A stretch of DNA of 64,000 bases from Methylococcales bacterium (GTDB lineage Bacteria > Pseudomonadota > Gammaproteobacteria > Methylococcales > Methylomonadaceae): contig JAPLRZ010000063.1 of NCBI GenBank assembly GCA_026398895.1, positions 1 to 64,000 on the forward strand. Direction: 5' to 3'. Positions 55,756-64,000 of this stretch are shown here, piece after piece. Within the stretch, counting starts at the first letter, position 1. Each line of letters starts with the position of its first letter. The translations under genes were made by a program, and so were the position numbers. The notes under the pieces were generated by a model that made no database searches, was not told the DNA's origin, and was given only the letters and a program-made list of their open reading frames with translations.

Positions 55756-58469
55756 GTGTTATCGCCTAATAATGATTTATGTAGTTTTAATTGTGCGGTA
55801 AAGTGTTGCTCTTCGGGTATGCAATTAAAATGCGCTTGGTCGCCTAATAATTCCATTAAGCGGTTAATAAACGCAATACCTTTGTGCGTACCTGCTAAAT
55901 TACTACTGGCGTTTGCATGGCAAGGATTTTTAACAGTGAAAATATAATTTTCTTCTATTAACTGCCAGCTAATTTGAATATGTCCTGTGCCGTTCCAATA
56001 TTTTAAGGCATTTAAAATTAATTCAGAGGTGATGGCGAATAATAGCGAAAATTTAACCTGATTGACACCAAAATTAGAGCAATTGGTTTCTTCTATGGCT
56101 ATTTCAATGCTATTAATACCATTAAGCCAGTCATAAAAAGTATTAATTCCATGATTATCGACATTAAGCGGTAAAACAGTTTCAATAAATGATTTTCGCA
56201 TGGATACAATTGATGCGGTTTCAGTGATATTTAACAGTTTTTCTAACTGGCTGGCATCACTCATAAAAATTATTCTATTTAATGATTGACGTAAAGCCGA
56301 GGCGATTACCCATTTTGGTGTTGCATCACCTGTATTATCGTTTTGCCACGCCAGTTTAAATTCTTGTGGATCATTAATAGATTGTTTAAAGGTATCTATT
56401 AAGCAATCCGTTAAAGACAACGTTGAAAATAAAGCGGCTATTTTATTAATCGCTTTATATTGTTTTTTATTTTTTTCGTAGTCTTCGCTACCTAATAAAC
56501 GAATGGCTTGTCTGAGTGATTCTGGGGCAGTGGCGAGGGCATTACGCATGGTGTGAGTGAAGAAAGAGAGCATTTCTTTTTCTTTTTCGTGTGCCATTTT
56601 GTAATATTTTTCTTTTTTTTGGATTTGTAATTCAAGTTGTTGGTTTTTTTCTTCTAACTCTGCATTTAATTTTCTAAGCTCCTTATTTTGTTCTTTTATC
56701 GTTATTCTTTGTTCAGCATATTCACAGCTATAACTTCCTACATCCCAGTCTTCGGCAATAACCTGTATTGCTTCATCCTTGCGTCCTTTATCAAGCAGAT
56801 AATCAGCTTTTTCCTTACCTTCAAGTTTTGACTCATAATCTTTCTCTTCACAATAATAAGAGAATGCTGTTTTATATGGGAACGCTATAGAATCTTTTTT
56901 TTCTATTATATCTTCATCAATCTGCTGTTGATAAAATATCACTTTATCTAAGTCTTTTTCAACAATTTTACCTTCTGCGTAATAACGAGATAATTGCAAA
57001 GAAGCTATACTTTTAATATCAGGATAATATGACATATTATAGTCTCTTTCTATTTCATCGTCTTTTTCACCGCTATTTTCAAAAGCTTTTTCATAATATG
57101 CAAAAGCAAGCGCATCATTTTTTTTAACATGATTACCTAATCGATAATAATCTGCTAAACGGATATAAGCATTGACAGATCCATATTCAGCGGCTTTGAT
57201 ATACAAGTCAATTATTTTTTGCTCACTTATTTCTAGTTCGCTATTATCACTTTCAAAGCCGTAAGCGAAATTTAAATAAATATGAGCTAATCTATATTTG
57301 TCAGATTTTTCTTGCGTGAGCGATTTTTCCAGCCATTCTAAAGCCAGTATTCGATTTTTTTTAACCTTTATACCTTCAAAATAAACTTCGGCTAATAAAT
57401 AATATGCTTCAATATCTCCTTGTTCTGCTTTTTTTTCAAACCATTGTAATTCTTCTTCTAAATTTTCATTTTCTTTATCGTGACGAAAATATTGATATAG
57501 TTTATCTTCTGCGCAACTATAATAATCATTCAGTTTAAATCCTGCTTGAGTGTCTTTTTGTTCATCCAATTTTTTAAGCAACTCAAAACCAAGTTTTATA
57601 TTTTTCTCAATGCCCATTCCCTTGAGATAACAATCAGCTAACAAATATTGCGCTTTAATCTTATCTTGTTCAGCAAGTTTATTAAGCAACTCAAAACCAA
57701 GTTCTGGATTTTTTTCAATACCGATACCATTAAGATAACAATCGGCTAACTCATATTGAGCTTCAATATTTCCCCGTTCAGCGGATTTTTTACACCATTC
57801 AAAACCAAGCACTGAATCTACATCCGTACCTTTACCGTAAAAATAACACATGGCTAATTCATATTGCGCTTCAATATGTCCTTGTCCAGCCACTTTTTTA
57901 AACCAATCAAAAGCAAGCTCTGGATTTTTTTCAATATCAAAACCATACAGATAATCTATGGCTATCGAATATTGAGCATCAATATTCCCTTGTTCAGCCG
58001 CTTTGTTTAGCCATTCAAAAGCAAGCCCCAGATTTTTTTCAACCCCCCAACCATATTTATAATTTAAACTCGTTCTATATTGAGAAGCAGCATCTTCTAA
58101 TTCAGCCGCTTTTTTAATCCATGCAAAATATAATTCATCGTTATTTTGTTTTTTATAATAAACTCCAATTGCCCTATAAGCTTTGGAAAACTTAGGATTT
58201 AATTGAATAGATTTATTAAAATCGCCTAAAGCAAGTTCATATTTTTCCATATTAAAATAATAACGACCACGCTCAAAATAAGCTTCGTAACCATTAGCAT
58301 CTAATTGAATAGCTTGCATCAATACTTTTAGAGCAAAATCGAATTTTTTTTGTTCAAGACAATCACGCCCTAACTTAACAAGCTCTGCATAACTTCTAAT
58401 TTCTACTTTTTTTGCCACTTCGTTTTGTGCTGTTTGTTCTTTTAAATCTGTCATGGCTTTATCATCCAA
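55752..58469 (-). CDS. Sel1/TPR-repeat protein fused to a histidine-kinase-like module (coiled coil + H-box + HATPase_c-like C-terminus)
   Basis: About 10 Sel1-like repeats (AxxWfxKAAEQGnxxAQYxLAxxYxxGxGxEKN) in residues about 30-470. A coiled coil (ELRKLNAELEEKNQQLELQIQKKEK). An H-box-like FFTHTMRNALA. C-terminal G-box-like ELILNALKYW...GTHKGIAFINRLMELLG. Confidence 0.5.
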   Translation of the reverse strand: MDDKAMTDLKEQTAQNEVAKKVEIRSYAELVKLGRDCLEQKKFDFALKVLMQAIQLDANGYEAYFERGRYYFNMEKYELALGDFNKSIQLNPKFSKAYRAIGVYYKKQNNDELYFAWIKKAAELEDAASQYRTSLNYKYGWGVEKNLGLAFEWLNKAAEQGNIDAQYSIAIDYLYGFDIEKNPELAFDWFKKVAGQGHIEAQYELAMCYFYGKGTDVDSVLGFEWCKKSAERGNIEAQYELADCYLNGIGIEKNPELGFELLNKLAEQDKIKAQYLLADCYLKGMGIEKNIKLGFELLKKLDEQKDTQAGFKLNDYYSCAEDKLYQYFRHDKENENLEEELQWFEKKAEQGDIEAYYLLAEVYFEGIKVKKNRILALEWLEKSLTQEKSDKYRLAHIYLNFAYGFESDNSELEISEQKIIDLYIKAAEYGSVNAYIRLADYYRLGNHVKKNDALAFAYYEKAFENSGEKDDEIERDYNMSYYPDIKSIASLQLSRYYAEGKIVEKDLDKVIFYQQQIDEDIIEKKDSIAFPYKTAFSYYCEEKDYESKLEGKEKADYLLDKGRKDEAIQVIAEDWDVGSYSCEYAEQRITIKEQNKELRKLNAELEEKNQQLELQIQKKEKYYKMAHEKEKEMLSFFTHTMRNALATAPESLRQAIRLLGSEDYEKNKKQYKAINKIAALFSTLSLTDCLIDTFKQSINDPQEFKLAWQNDNTGDATPKWVIASALRQSLNRIIFMSDASQLEKLLNITETASIVSMRKSFIETVLPLNVDNHGINTFYDWLNGINSIEIAIEETNCSNFGVNQVKFSLLFAITSELILNALKYWNGTGHIQISWQLIEENYIFTVKNPCHANASSNLAGTHKGIAFINRLMELLGDQAHFNCIPEEQHFTAQLKLHKSLLGDNT

Positions 58470-58525
58470 TTAGTTAAACACAAGGAAATGCGGTATTTTG
58501 TTCGTTACTTAGTAGATTAAACTAA

Positions 58526-59119
58526 TTACCCTACATCCACACGAATAGGGATTTTTAATGCAGTGCTGATTTCTTCTAAAAAAACTTTCTTTTGGTTTGT
58601 ATTAGATAAAGTATCAATATACCAACCCTCACACTGGTGAATAGTGCCGTCGGAACGAAACTTTGTTTTACTGACTAGCTCATGCCTGTTCGCTATTATC
58701 CCTAATTTAGCAACATGATCTAACTTTAATATCCGCAATGCCTCTACAAATGTTTTAGCCGAGCTATTTAAATAAATTTGTTTTCCATTGTTAAGAAAAG
58801 TAACGCGCAATCTTACATTTGAAGCTCGTGCAGCTCTTGTGCGAGAAGCATTTAAATTGCCTGCCACGACTCTTTGTGCTGTTTTAGATTTACTAAAAAT
58901 CCCCTTATTCCAGTGCATTGATAAATTAGCAACCTCCTGAATGAAGCTTTTTAATTCCATAGCTGATGCCTTTGTCATATCCACTTTGCCATAGTCATCT
59001 TCCATTATTGCATCTGCACAGGATTGTTTTATGTCATCGGCAATATGATTTAAGCCGCTAATCGCTGCGTTAAATGATTCGGCAACCCTTTGGTTATCGT
59101 GTTCTGTGATGATTTGCAT
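58526..59119 (-). CDS. Hypothetical protein, first gene of the AT-rich island (possible HxxKG Hpt-like motif)
   Basis: A 197-aa protein on the same strand, 56 bp upstream of the kinase-like gene. It contains ...ANLSMHWNKG..., reminiscent of the Hpt HxxKG phosphotransfer motif, but the support is weak. Confidence 0.3.
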   Translation of the reverse strand: MQIITEHDNQRVAESFNAAISGLNHIADDIKQSCADAIMEDDYGKVDMTKASAMELKSFIQEVANLSMHWNKGIFSKSKTAQRVVAGNLNASRTRAARASNVRLRVTFLNNGKQIYLNSSAKTFVEALRILKLDHVAKLGIIANRHELVSKTKFRSDGTIHQCEGWYIDTLSNTNQKKVFLEEISTALKIPIRVDVG

Positions 59120-59762
59120 GATGATTGCCTCGTTGTTTGTTGTTCGCTTTGAACTTGGGCATAGTTTAGCCCTTTGTATTCGGTAGCTAAAGGGAAAGCT
59201 GTAGGAGAGTTTATGAGAATTTGCCGCGTGGTTTTTGGTTTTATGAACGGCTATTAATGGGCTTTGTGTGCATTAAATGCTTTATAAAACAATGGCTTGT
59301 TTGATGGAGGTTTGTGGGAGAGATTGTGGACTGTGATTTTCAGGATTTGGTGGATTTATAGCGGTGTGCTTAGAATATATAGCTAACCATCAATAAAATG
59401 ATTACAAAACCGTTCGCACTGAGTCTGTCATGAGCTTGTCGAATGATGTGAATGTGGTTCGACTGTTCGACAAGCTCACAGCTCACAGATCACCACGAAC
59501 GGTATCATTTTATTGTGCGTTAGCTTCTATTTATCAAAGCAACTCAACAGGCTTTTTCTGCGTTGCAAGGTTTAAAGGCGGCGTAACATCAGATTGTAAT
59601 ATTTTTTTAACATTTCTATGCTCCAATAGTTAAGATTAGTTTTTTAGTGCGTTGTTAAACGCCCAACGTCACGAACTTGAGGACTGGCTTGAGGCAGAAC
59701 GAGAATTTACGCCATAGCAAGGAAGAGTACGGCTAAACATATAATCCGCCAACACCCTGTTA

Positions 59763-59963
59763 ACCTTTGGTGCTAGTTAGCTCCATAAAAATAAACAAGA
59801 TAAATCAATGTGTTGCGATTAAAATATTTTTTTGTTTACCGCTATTAGAAGGGAATAGGAGTCAAAAAGCTTCAGCTTTTTACAAATCAGCAATAGCTAT
59901 TGGACTCCATTAAAAACAATCGCTTACTGTTTTAGCTGCTTAATTTAAACTAGCACCAAAAGT
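59763..59963. mobile_element. MITE-like element copy B (about 200 bp) with 17-bp terminal inverted repeats
   Basis: The left end aacctttggtgctagtt and the right end aactagcaccaaaagtt (16/17 complementary) flank an AT-rich core with internal hairpins (aaaagcttcagctttt; ggagtc...gactcc). The core is about 95% identical to the reverse complement of 24478-24680. Confidence 0.55.
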
Positions 59964-60175
59964 TATTATGTATATGTTTAAAGTTAATTTGAATATATAC
60001 TCAAACGTTTTTTAAAATGTAGAGTTTTTTCACTGTTCTGAGCTATTTAATAACCAGAGGCGGTTAGGTTTTTGTCATAATCAGAATTGCTGAGCATGAA
60101 TTCCATGTGCATTGATAATTGTGCCAACGACTTTACTATTCAAACAATTTATCGCTTTTCTTCGAGTTCCCAAAA

Positions 60176-61282
60176 ATGCCGCAATTGCGCACCCCATATT
60201 ATCTAATCGACGAAGTTAGACTGAAAAAAAATCTCGAAATCATACGACTCATTCGCGAGCAGTCTGGTGCAAAATCAGTTCTGGCACTAAAATGTTTTTC
60301 AACTTGGTGCGTATTCGATTTGATGCGCCAATACATGGACGGCACAACCAGCAGCTCACTCTACGAAGCGCGGCTCGGTCGCGAAAAGTTCGGCAAGGAG
60401 GCTCATGCTTACAGCGTGGCTTATTCTGCTGAAGAAGTTGAAGCGGTAGCTGAGTTTGCCGATAAGGTGATATTCAATTCTATCTCGCAATTGAACAGGT
60501 TTCATGAACGGGTGAGCGGCTTGAAAGTCGGTCTTCGGGTCAATCCTGGTATCAGTTATTCCCATTTTGATCTGGCAGACCCAGCCCGCAGTTGTTCGCG
60601 GCTTGGGGTATGCAGTGAACAGGAACTCGATGCTGTGGCGGATCTGATCAGCGGTGTCATGTTCCATTTCAATTGCGAAAACGATGATATTGAAAACATC
60701 GCCGACGCTATAGAGCAGATTGGCATTAAGTACGCTTCTCTACTGAAAAAAATGGACTGGGTCAGTCTCGGCGGGGGCATTTATTTTACCAAAGACGGCT
60801 ATCCGCTGGAAAGATTCTGCCGCGTATTGAAGAATTTTAGCGAAAGATACGGTGTGCAGGTCTATCTTGAGCCAGGTGAGGCAGCCATAACCTGTAGTAC
60901 CGAACTGGTCACCACGGTACTTGATGTAGTCCATAATGAAGTCGCTATCGCTATCGTTGATGCCTCTGTCGAGGCGCATCTGCTGGATCACCTGATCTAC
61001 AGAACAAGCCCGAAAATTTCATTCCCTAGCTCTGGCACTAACCAGATTCTCATCGCTGGTCGGTCATGTCTGGCTGGAGATCTGTTCGGCAGCTACGAAC
61101 TGGAAACAGCACTGAAGATTGGAGACGAGGTGCGTATCGCCGATGCAGCGGGATACACGATGGTGAAGAAAAACTGGTTCAATGGTCTTGCGATGCCGTC
61201 GATTGCGGTACGGAGGTTGGACGGTTCTGTAGAACTGGTACGCAGTTTTGACTATAAAGATTACATTGGAAATTTATCATAA
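60176..61282 (+). CDS. nspC: Carboxynorspermidine/carboxyspermidine decarboxylase
   Basis: MPQLRTPYYLIDEVRLKKNLEIIRLIREQSGAKSVLALKCFSTW matches the NspC N-terminus (TPYYLIDE...GAK.LLALKAF). The 368-aa length fits. The ORF tool's TTG at 60119 precedes the conserved start. GC content and codon usage are distinctly higher than in the flanks. Confidence 0.8.
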   Translation: MPQLRTPYYLIDEVRLKKNLEIIRLIREQSGAKSVLALKCFSTWCVFDLMRQYMDGTTSSSLYEARLGREKFGKEAHAYSVAYSAEEVEAVAEFADKVIFNSISQLNRFHERVSGLKVGLRVNPGISYSHFDLADPARSCSRLGVCSEQELDAVADLISGVMFHFNCENDDIENIADAIEQIGIKYASLLKKMDWVSLGGGIYFTKDGYPLERFCRVLKNFSERYGVQVYLEPGEAAITCSTELVTTVLDVVHNEVAIAIVDASVEAHLLDHLIYRTSPKISFPSSGTNQILIAGRSCLAGDLFGSYELETALKIGDEVRIADAAGYTMVKKNWFNGLAMPSIAVRRLDGSVELVRSFDYKDYIGNLS

Positions 61283-61297
61283 AGAGGAATTCATAAT

Positions 61298-62701
61298 ATG
61301 AAAAAAAACGTAATGATTATCGGGGCAGGCGGAGTGGCGCACGTTGCGGCTCACAAGGCAGCGATGAACAATGATGTTCTGGGCGATATTTGTATCGCAT
61401 CGCGAACGCAAGCCAAATGTGATGCGATCATCGAAAGCGTGACGCGGAAAGGGCATCTCAAGGATTCGGCTGGCAGGCTTTATTCAGCTCAGCTCGATGC
61501 ACTGGATATTCCTGCGACAGTAAAGTTGATAAATGAAACCAAAACGGGGATCGTAATCAACCTTGGCTCAGCTTTCATCAATATGTCGGTACTGGAGGCG
61601 TGCATCGAAACTGGCGCGGCGTATATCGACACCGCCATCCATGAAGATCCAGACAAAGTCTGTGAAGAGCCACCTTGGTATGCTAATTACGAGTGGAAGC
61701 GAAAGGAGCGTTGCGATGAAAAAGGAGTAACTGCAATCCTTGGTGCTGGTTTTGATCCAGGAGTAGTCAATGCTTACTGCGCTCTTGCTGTCAAACGTTA
61801 CTTCGACAAGATTGATACGATAGACATACTGGATGTGAATGCAGGAAGTCACGGCAAATATTTTTCGACCAACTTTGACCCAGAAATCAATTTCCGCGAG
61901 TTCGTAAAGGTCTGGACTTGGATTGACCAAGAGTGGAAAGAGTATCCCACCCACTCGGTGAAACGCGAGTATGATTTCCCTGTTGTCGGAAAGCAGCCAA
62001 TTTACCTGAACGGTCATGACGAACTGCACTCCCTATCAAAGAATATTGATGCCAACAGCATTCGTTTCTGGATGGGTTTTGGCGACCACTACATAAACGT
62101 ATTCACGGTACTTCGCACGCTCGGCTTTCTCTCACATCTACCAGTGACACTGACTACTGGTCAGGAAGTTGTGCCGCTCAAGGTCGTCAAGGCACTGCTA
62201 CCTGATCCGATGACGCTTGCTCCTGGTTATACAGGCAATACCTGCATCGGCACCTTCGTTAAGGGCTGGATGGAAGGGGAAAAGCGAGAAGTATTGATTT
62301 ATCAAGTCTCGGATCACAAGCAATGTTACGAAGAAGTTGAGTCTCAGGGGATTAGTTACACCGCTGGCGTTCCACCGATTGCAGCCGCTATGCTGATTGC
62401 CAACGGAGTTTGGGACGTGAAGAAGATGGTCAATGTCGAGGAACTTGATCCAGAACCGTTCATCGAAATTCTTGACCAAATTGGTCTGCCTACCGAGGTG
62501 AAGGAAATCAAGCCAGGCAGCAAGCATTCATTCGACGGAACAGTCAGGTCTCTTGAGAAAGAGCTTTTAGAATCGACGGCTACAGTCACGGTTTCTGCGG
62601 CGAATCCTATGATTGCGGTTTCGCCATGCAAGCCAAAGCACAAGAAAGATAAAGCAGATTCAGGAAAAGAGAAAAAATCTCACAAGAAGAAAGACGAGTA
62701 G
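61298..62701 (+). CDS. Carboxynorspermidine/carboxyspermidine dehydrogenase (saccharopine dehydrogenase family) with a Lys-rich C-terminal tail
   Basis: VMIIGAGGVAHVAAHKAAMNNDVLGDICIASRT is a Rossmann/CANSDH-like N-terminus. It lies 15 nt downstream of nspC with a aggaat RBS. The unusual C-terminal tail KPKHKKDKADSGKEKKSHKKKDE is not seen in canonical CANSDH (about 414 aa). Confidence 0.65.
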   Translation: MKKNVMIIGAGGVAHVAAHKAAMNNDVLGDICIASRTQAKCDAIIESVTRKGHLKDSAGRLYSAQLDALDIPATVKLINETKTGIVINLGSAFINMSVLEACIETGAAYIDTAIHEDPDKVCEEPPWYANYEWKRKERCDEKGVTAILGAGFDPGVVNAYCALAVKRYFDKIDTIDILDVNAGSHGKYFSTNFDPEINFREFVKVWTWIDQEWKEYPTHSVKREYDFPVVGKQPIYLNGHDELHSLSKNIDANSIRFWMGFGDHYINVFTVLRTLGFLSHLPVTLTTGQEVVPLKVVKALLPDPMTLAPGYTGNTCIGTFVKGWMEGEKREVLIYQVSDHKQCYEEVESQGISYTAGVPPIAAAMLIANGVWDVKKMVNVEELDPEPFIEILDQIGLPTEVKEIKPGSKHSFDGTVRSLEKELLESTATVTVSAANPMIAVSPCKPKHKKDKADSGKEKKSHKKKDE

Positions 62702-62928
62702 AAACATCGTCCTATTTCACTGATGTGTCAACACTTTTTAGGACACAAAGTTAAGCAGCTTTAGGCTGACTTTCAAATTCTACAGCAGACAAATATCCAT
62801 TACTGGAATGGAGTCGTTGTCGGCTGTAGAAGACTTCGATGGTGTCGAAAGAAGGATTTTCTGGCGACACCATTTCGCTTCTCATACTGAGTATGTAGCA
62901 CTAAAATCAAAAGTTCTAAGGAAATTCC

Positions 62929-64000
62929 ATGATCACTACAAAAAATTTGCAACAGCTTGCTGAAACCCACGGAACACCGTTGTTCGTGATAGATCACGAC
63001 GAACTACGAAGCAATTATGCAACTTTCAAAAAATATCTCCCGCGTGTCCAAGCCTATTGCGCGATCAAGGCGAATCCAGATCCAGCCATAGTAAAAACTC
63101 TGTTCGATGTCGAAGCTAGTTTTGATGTATCGTCTATACAGGAATTCAATGTAGTCTACGAAAATATAAAGACTATGCCTGAGCAGGAGCGGCATGAGTG
63201 GATCAGGGACAAGATCATCTATGCAAATACGATCAAGGCAACCGAGACGCTAGCAAAGCTTGACAAGTACAAGCCGTTGCTCACCTTTGATAATCGCGAA
63301 GAGATCATCAAGATCAGGCAGTTCGCCCCTAATGCCAGACTTGTGCTTCGCCTTCTGGTTTCCAACGCGGGGGCTATGGTAGAGCTTTCCTCAAAATTTG
63401 GGGCGGAACCTAGCGAGGCAGTCGATCTTATTTTGGAAGCCGAAAAGCAGGGGTTAACCGTCGAGGGGCTGAGCTTCCACGTCGGAAGCCAAACCAGCAA
63501 TTTTGAAAACTATGTGCAGGCAATCAATCTTGCGGCACTTATATTCAAGGAAGCTAGAGAACGCGGTTACGACAAGATGAATTTACTGGATATAGGTGGT
63601 GGTTTTCCAGCTCCTTACGATGCGTCAGTAAAGCCTTTCAGCGAATTGGCAGCGGTGATAAATACTGAGCTAGACAGGCTCTTTCCACCAGAAATAAAAA
63701 TTATTGCCGAGCCAGGAAGATTCATAGTTGCAACCGCAGGCACAGCGGTATCGAAGATCATCGGCAAGACGGTTCGGCACGGCAAACTATGCTATTACAT
63801 TGATGACGGGGTCTATCACACTTTTTCTGGTGTCATCTTTGACCACTGCGAATATCATTTTGACTCCTTCAAAAAAGGGTCAACCCAGATATGTACCGTG
63901 TTTGGCCCTACCTGTGACGGGCTGGATGTTATTTCAAAGACAGAAGAACTTCCCTCCAATCTGGAGCGTGACGACCACCTCTACAGTAGAAACATCGGTG
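62929..64000 (+). CDS. Fold-type III PLP-dependent decarboxylase (ornithine/lysine/DAP decarboxylase family), 3'-partial at the window edge
   Basis: Read directly from the sequence; it is absent from the ORF track because it has no stop within the window. Motifs: YCAIKANPDPAIVKTL (PLP-Lys), LSFHVGSQ, EPGRFIVA, GPTCDGLD. An aaggaaattccATG RBS is present. Confidence 0.75.
   Translation, partial: MITTKNLQQLAETHGTPLFVIDHDELRSNYATFKKYLPRVQAYCAIKANPDPAIVKTLFDVEASFDVSSIQEFNVVYENIKTMPEQERHEWIRDKIIYANTIKATETLAKLDKYKPLLTFDNREEIIKIRQFAPNARLVLRLLVSNAGAMVELSSKFGAEPSEAVDLILEAEKQGLTVEGLSFHVGSQTSNFENYVQAINLAALIFKEARERGYDKMNLLDIGGGFPAPYDASVKPFSELAAVINTELDRLFPPEIKIIAEPGRFIVATAGTAVSKIIGKTVRHGKLCYYIDDGVYHTFSGVIFDHCEYHFDSFKKGSTQICTVFGPTCDGLDVISKTEELPSNLERDDHLYSRNIG

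Noticed and set aside
58526-59119. The idea that the 197-aa protein is an Hpt phosphotransfer protein, based on an HWNKG stretch.
   Set aside because: A five-residue resemblance to HxxKG is insufficient. The surrounding sequence does not obviously form the four-helix Hpt pattern. It is kept only as a hypothesis within the island finding.
62800-63500. Minus-strand ORFs (62800-62997, 63004-63195, 63219-63500) in the right-hand end of the window.
   Set aside because: They overlap, antisense, a strongly supported ODC-fold decarboxylase reading frame carrying PLP-enzyme motifs on the plus strand.

Overview
This 64-kb window looks like a mosaic chromosomal region from an AT-rich (about 40-45% GC) Gram-negative bacterium, probably a gammaproteobacterium. 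Housekeeping genes are interleaved with accessory modules and many small palindromic or MITE-like repeats.

From left to right the window contains:
- a flotillin gene and a retropepsin-like protease gene;
- a tellurite-resistance (Ter)-associated cassette: a phosphoribosyltransferase (PRTase), a citrate-lyase-beta/HpcH-like aldolase, a tandem-TerD protein, a small unknown protein and TerB;
- an IS66 transposase remnant;
- an orphan QEGLA/DUF1704 protein;
- a 1234-aa fused GltD/SudA-like plus PyrK/FNR-like flavoprotein;
- two tandem DUF2934 paralogues;
- recC, with no adjacent recB or recD;
- a translationally coupled nifJ (pyruvate:ferredoxin oxidoreductase) and dihydroorotate-dehydrogenase-like pair;
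- an HD-GYP phosphodiesterase carrying about 6.6 near-identical 63-bp in-frame tandem repeats;
- a decayed region holding a MITE copy and a TonB-dependent-receptor C-terminal remnant;
- lspA and ileS;
- a standalone FtsH-like (M41, HEXXH) peptidase-domain protein;
- tonB-exbB-exbD;
- an NhaD antiporter;
- three consecutive heavy-metal RND efflux operons: two CzcA-like with the D-x-G..D..E motif and one CusA-like with A-x-G..D..E. Their gene orders differ, each pump is followed by a small PII-like or DUF3240-like accessory gene, and no regulator is encoded nearby;
- a 4.7-kb strongly AT-rich island between repeats, encoding a Sel1-repeat histidine-kinase-like protein, a REC-like domain fused to an unknown about 290-aa C-terminal domain, and a 197-aa unknown protein. 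I consider this the best candidate for an undescribed two-component-type (possibly Detocs-like defence) system;
- a higher-GC polyamine cluster: nspC, a carboxynorspermidine dehydrogenase and a partial ODC-fold decarboxylase.

Recurrent non-coding elements:
- a 24-bp perfect palindrome GAATACAAACCTAGGTTTGTATTC, present four times;
- a 113-bp repeat, present twice;
- a roughly 200-bp TIR-bounded MITE, present twice in opposite orientation;
- GC-rich REP/terminator hairpins.

All calls rest on motif recognition by eye in the supplied ORF translations and sequence. No database searches were run.
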